Source: Chrysomallon squamiferum
Lineage: Eukaryota; Animalia; Mollusca
Length of the DNA stretch: 64,000 nt
Assembly: GCA_012295275.1 (NCBI GenBank)
Contig: CM022668.1
Coordinates: forward strand, 7,564,001 to 7,628,000
Direction of reading: 5' to 3'
The translations under genes and the position numbers were made by a program. The notes under the pieces were generated by a model that saw nothing but the letters and a program-made list of their open reading frames with translations, searched no databases and was not told the origin of the DNA. Position 1 is the stretch's first letter; each line of letters starts with the position of its first letter. Of this stretch, positions 58,387 to 64,000 are shown piece by piece.

Positions 58387-59755
58387 TTCTTCCTCTGTTT
58401 GTTTGTGTTGTCTGTAATATTGTCTAAATTATGTTTAATTTATGGTGATTTCTTTTCTTTTTTTGATTTTCTGTCTTTGATGTTTCTCTCTCTCTTTTTT
58501 CTTTCCCCTTTTCTCTCATTCTCTGTGTTTCTCTCTCTCTTTCTGTCATCTCTTTCTTTCTCTTGGTGTTTTTTCTCTCTGTCTTTCTCTGGCAATCTCT
58601 TTTTTTTTTATCCTCATTTAATTTCTCTATTTTTTTTTCATTTGTCTGTCTATCTATCTCTATTTATTTCTCACTGCTAATTACCTGTATGTCTGTTTGT
58701 TTGAGCGTCTGTCATTATCTCTGTCTATATCTGTCTCTTTACACCTTCTCTCACTGACAGACTTTCTGTTTAATTTAGCGTGTGTTTTTTCTGTCTGTCT
58801 GTCTGTCTGTGTAGTATTTCTTTGTCTGTCTGTATCCCAGTTTAATTTATTTATTTAGATGTTTGTCTTACTCTCTCCAGGTCTGTTTCCCTGTTTGTCT
58901 GTCTGTCAGTCTGAATAGTTTTAAAATAGAGGTAAATGTTTTAATAATAAAGAAACTTTTTTCTTGAAGTGAATAAAAAAATAGGAAGATGAGAAAATAA
59001 AATATAAATTAAAAAAAATATATATATATATATAATAAAAAAATAAGTAAACAAAAAGAGAAACATCTTAATAACAACAACAACAAAAACAATAATAATA
59101 AGAAAATATAATTTGTTAAACATGAATAAATGTGAAATAGTTAAACTGATAACTTAGCCTAATAATATATTTTTTTAATTTTAGTTATTATTATTACTTT
59201 TGTAGTAATGAATTTAAAAAAATAAATAAATAAGTAAAACAAAAAAAATAAAATAAAATAAAAGAAAATAAAATAAAGTAAAAGAAAATATAACAAAAGA
59301 AAACAAAATAAAAAATAAAAACATACAAATAAACAAAACCCCCCAAAAAAAACAGAACAACAAATAAAAAAATAATTTCAAAATTTCAAAAAGTTAGAAA
59401 AAAAAATAAAATAAAAATCATGTTTTTTCCTGAGTTAAAAATCGTAGGGTTTACGGTAAATTAAGATGTGAAGTTGAGCTGTGATGGAAAACACTGAGTG
59501 TCATTCATGAAACTGCAGTACTAATAACCAAACAACTAATCAATACTGCAGTAATGGGAGCAGGATGATCTCACATTATACACAAACAGTCAGAGTGCTT
59601 GTCTCACACACGATAGGTCACTGGATCAATACTCCCCACAGTCACTCTCTGCTTATTTCCCATACTGGCCAGAGCTCTTTACTTATATGAAAAAAATTTA
59701 TTAATAAATAAAAAAGGGATAAACAAAAATCATGTTTTTTCTCTGTCTTTGGATA

Positions 59756-59847
<92 letters not shown>

Positions 59848-60118
59848 GTTGGAGTGTGCTTATCATGTGATTATATGTTTATAAAGATTTTTCTTAAGAA
59901 TGAGAGACAGAGACAGATAAATAAATAGAAATAGAAAGAGAGAAATGATAGAAAGTGAAAGAAAAAGGAAGAAAGAACAGAGTGAGAATGAGAGAGAGAG
60001 AGAATGAGTTTTAGAGGATAGAGAAAAAGAAAGAAGAAAAAGAGAGAGATAAAGAGGAGCTGGAGAGATGCAGAGACAGAATAAAAGAAAAAGAATCAAA
60101 AAGAATCAGAAAGAGAAA

Positions 60119-60186
<68 letters not shown>

Positions 60187-60874
60187 GAAAGAAAACAGGA
60201 TATAAACAATGATGCAGTGAGAGAGAGAATCAGAAGAGAGAAAGACAGAGATTTTCAAACAGAGTTAAAACAATACAGACAGGCTGATGGACGGAGTCGT
60301 CACTTTGTGGAAATAATTGGAACAAGCAGAGGACGTAATCAGATTAGAGAGTGAGCAGTGTCCTCGTGGAATTAGAAAGCTGGGAATATCTGTGGCAAGT
60401 CCAAGTGGCAAGCTGGAAGTGGGCTGGCACTCTACCAGGCACAGTGAAACCTAATTGAAGAAAACCAGCAACAAAGAAATCTTAGCTATTGTTAACAAAC
60501 ACTACTGTGTATACCTGTCTGTCAATGAGTGAAAGAAAATTCTGTGTAGGACTGGAAACAGGTATATCATTTCAAGTATTTTGTTCAGTGAAGGGAAAAT
60601 ATATACATATACATACATATTTTTTTTATTTTTTTTATTTTTATTATTTTTATTTGTCGAGAGAGAACAGTGAAAACATGGTCTCTATGATAAAAGCAAA
60701 GAGCTGGGTTGCTAAACCATGAAATTAGAAAACAAACAGACATAAATAACTGTCACGTTTTATATTATTTTACTTCTCAAAGCTAGGGAAGTTTATTGGA
60801 AATTGTATGTGTAGTGAAATACACTTATTGTATGTAGGGCCTGTTTAATTGTGTCTACATAAACTCAGGTGCAG

Positions 60875-61210
60875 ATGAATAAGTCTACTTTTTGTAGACA
60901 GAATCATACTGGAATTAGTCTACTATGTGTAGACAGAATCATGCTGGAACAAGTCTACTATTTGTAGACAGACTTATGCTGGAATAAGTCTACTTTTTAT
61001 AGTCAAAATAATGCTGGATTAAGTCTACTAGCATAAGTAATAGGGATACTGGAATGAGTCTACTATATGTAAGCATTGGTATACTGGAATGAGGCTAATA
61101 TAAGTAAGCAGAGGTATACTGGAATGAGTCTACTCTATGTAAGCACTGGTATGCTGGAATGAGGCTAATATATACTGGAATGGGTCTACTCAGTGTAGAC
61201 GATACTGAAA
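60875..61210. repeat. About 36-bp degenerate minisatellite (CTGGAATRAGTCTACT...)
   Basis: Recurrent ctggaat and agtctact blocks. Confidence 0.85.
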
Positions 61211-61398
61211 TGTGTGTTTTGCATGCAGACAGAACTGGAATGATGTGTGAGTTGTGGTGTGAAAGGTGGGTGACATACACGCTGTATTGCATGGTCAGTG
61301 TTAAAACAAAGATGTCTCCAGGGAAATCTGTGCTAGCAGCAATCAGACAGACTACAAAACTAACACTCAAACACAGTCACTGCCAATATCACACTTAC

Positions 61399-61434
61399 AT
61401 AATGCTTTGCCGTTTTCCTGTCTGTTAACAGTAG
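61399..61434 (-). CDS. Possible 36-nt symmetric phase-1 micro-exon (xTVNRQENGKAL); a second acceptor at 61454 would give 55 nt
   Basis: Minus strand reads ttgctgtctttaacag|atttcgttgcttttgccag|CTACTG...GCATTAT|gtaagt. It is open in the phase-1 frame. Splice-signal evidence only. Confidence 0.15.
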
Positions 61435-62859
61435 CTGGCAAAAGCAACGAAATCTGTTAAAGACAGCAAATGGTATACAACTGTTAACTTAGAATACACA
61501 GAGATTTTCATATGTTTCTTTGTTTTTTGTTTGTATATTTGTATATTTTATTTTTTATTTTATTAATTTTATTTATTTTTTATTTTTTATTTTATTAATT
61601 TTATTTATTTATTTTTTTATTTATTTATTTATTTTATTTTTGTAAATTAACTACTATAAAAATATAGGTTTGTGTGGCTGTTTGTATATCTGTGTTTGAG
61701 TATTTGTGTGTTTATATATGTACATAGGCATTCTTTTATGTATGTATGTATGCTGGTATTGAATGTGTGATATACATATATGGTATGCTAAACATACCCA
61801 GATATATTTTAGTTTCAAGGTGTTTCTTTATTTTTCTAATGTTTTGTTTCTCTTTGTCTTATTTTCTTTTTTTTTTTTTTTTTTCAGACATTTAAAACGT
61901 GTTGCTTCTTGTTGCTGTCATTTGTTTTTTGTTTCACTTTTTTAAAATTATGATTTTTGGCAAATATATATGAATGTTATCTGAAAAGTGTAATTGCTTT
62001 GTTCTTTTTTCTAGCAGTACACAAGAAATATTTTTTCTCCAGAATGCCAAAACAGCAAAAAGAAATGTATTCTAGGAATCAAGCCACAGGTAATTTTATG
62101 CTTCGCTATGAGAAAGAATTCAACAGTTACGTAAGACTTCGTTTTTCATTTCTTTCACTTTTTTCTTTTCTCTTCTTTCTTTACAGTTATTCTTGTTTTT
62201 TTTTTCTTTTTTTTTTTTTTCACTATCATCTGTTTCTCATAATGATAAAAATATTCGTCAGTTGTTTCGGTTAAAAAAAACCCAACATCTCAGACAAAAA
62301 GAATGAAAAGAAAAGGGATAAACAGAGAGAAATGCAGTGGAGGTGTTTGTAAACAGCAGCTTCACTTTGAGTTTAATTCACTTACACAGGTGTGGATGGA
62401 AACTTTAGATGTGCTAGAAAATTATCTTCACAGTTCGTCTGGGCAGGTTTTTACAAGAGCAGAAATCACTGGAAGTGCTAATAATAAGGTAAATGTTTTT
62501 AATTAGGGTCGGGATAGTGGTGATGAAGAAAAAAGTGAAAATTTAAATATCTTGATGCAAGATCAGACACCATCTTGTTTTCATGTTATACTTTGCATGC
62601 TGAGAGATTTGTCTCATTTTTTTATCTTCTGATAAAATATAAATTGGTTTAGAAAACAAAACAAACAACGAACAACTAAAACAAACAGCAAAAACAAAAG
62701 AAAAATACCCCTAGAATTACTTGAACCAAACTGATGAGTTTTTGATTTTTTATCTTTCTTCAAAGCTTCAGCAACTTTCGTAGTTCTTGCATCAAAATGA
62801 TAGTGTAGTTTCATAATCTGTTTTTGTAATGATATCAACTGAATCTGATAACATATGAT

Positions 62860-63175
62860 AAACTCTAGTAATATACAACAGACTCTGATAAGATACAACA
62901 AACTCTGACAAGATATAACTAAACTCTAGTAAATATAGCAAGCTCTAATAAATATAACAGTCTGATAAGATCTGACAGTCTTCTGATATGATATCAGAAA
63001 CTCTAGAAAAATATAGCAATTTCTGATAAGTTACAACAAGCCCTGGTAAGATATGACAAAGTCTAGTAACATATAACAACTGTAATAACATATAACAATT
63101 TGTAATAACATATGACACATTATAAAAACATATGTCAACTTGTAATAATATATGACAATCTGTAATAACATATGC
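62860..63175. repeat. About 20-bp degenerate repeat (ACTCTGATAAGATACAACA / TGTAATAACATATGACA)
   Basis: Directly visible periodicity. Confidence 0.75.
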
Positions 63176-64000
63176 CAGCCTCTGTTAACTCGTTTTGCTC
63201 TCATTTATTGATTACATAATGTCACAGTTCACTAGAGCGTTTCTGTAATTATCACATTTTCTCTCAAAATATAATCTAAATGTCATCTGTCCAAAGGAAT
63301 AATGTATCTCCTGCTTTTTATAGATCTGCTATTAAAACAAGTAAAAATAAAATATAAAATTCTTTGCTTCTTTCACCATGTAACATCTTTTACATATTCT
63401 CATTCATTTTTTGTTTCCTCAGAGAATACCTTTCAGATTACAAAATGTCTTTTTTATTATTCTTACTTTCATTTTGTTTATTTTTTCAAAAGGACAGTTG
63501 TTGATGTTTATCAGAGAAAAGAGCTTTTTACTTTTTTGTTACTTTTTTTTTTAATATAAAAATGTGGGTTATGATAAATAAACTGAATTATGAAATCTTG
63601 TTTTCTGGCTAAGTAGAATATTAATTCATAAAAAAATATGCATATAATCATTCTTTGCAAAATGCAAAAAAAAAAAAAAAAGAAGAAGATTATTTATGGT
63701 ATTTTCTTGGGATTATTCTTTTTTTTATTAAAAATGTTTAAATACATTTTCAGTTTCTTGGCACCAGTATAAATTATTAAATCACATTATCTATTATTTA
63801 TCTATGGAAATAATTGTAAGAATGATTAAATCATGTTTTTATGTCTCTAGAAATGAGAATAATTATGATTAAAAATTCTCTCTATATTTTATGTCTACGG
63901 AAATGACAAAAAAAATGGAAGAAGAATGTAAAAAGATTAAATATGTTCTGTATATCATAGTTACTGATATAACAGCAGCATGGTTATCATATTAAAGCTT

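Overview
This is AT-rich, microsatellite-dense animal genomic DNA and is almost entirely non-coding. It is most likely an invertebrate. The SINE fragments resemble, from memory, a gastropod mollusc family, which is unverified. None of the supplied >=60-aa ORFs is a credible protein: they are translations of simple or tandem repeats and low-complexity DNA. Manual reading finds two short ATG-initiated minus-strand exon candidates (47717-47822 and 5832-5871). Each has an upstream in-frame stop and a phase-1 splice donor, consistent with alternative first exons of one large unidentified gene continuing to the left of the window. The window also holds many minisatellites, several decayed tRNA-derived SINE copies, and a TA-flanked TIR pair of pogo/Tigger type (41331-44167). 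The main regulatory-looking structures are a duplicated module carrying CRE palindromes, homeodomain-type motifs and a dyad (about 11660-11790 and 12720-12860), a 33-35-bp-phased CCAAT array, and a hairpin array just upstream of one candidate start codon. No rRNA, tRNA, CRISPR array, autonomous transposon ORF or recognisable conserved miRNA was found. I cannot demonstrate a novel biological system from the sequence alone.
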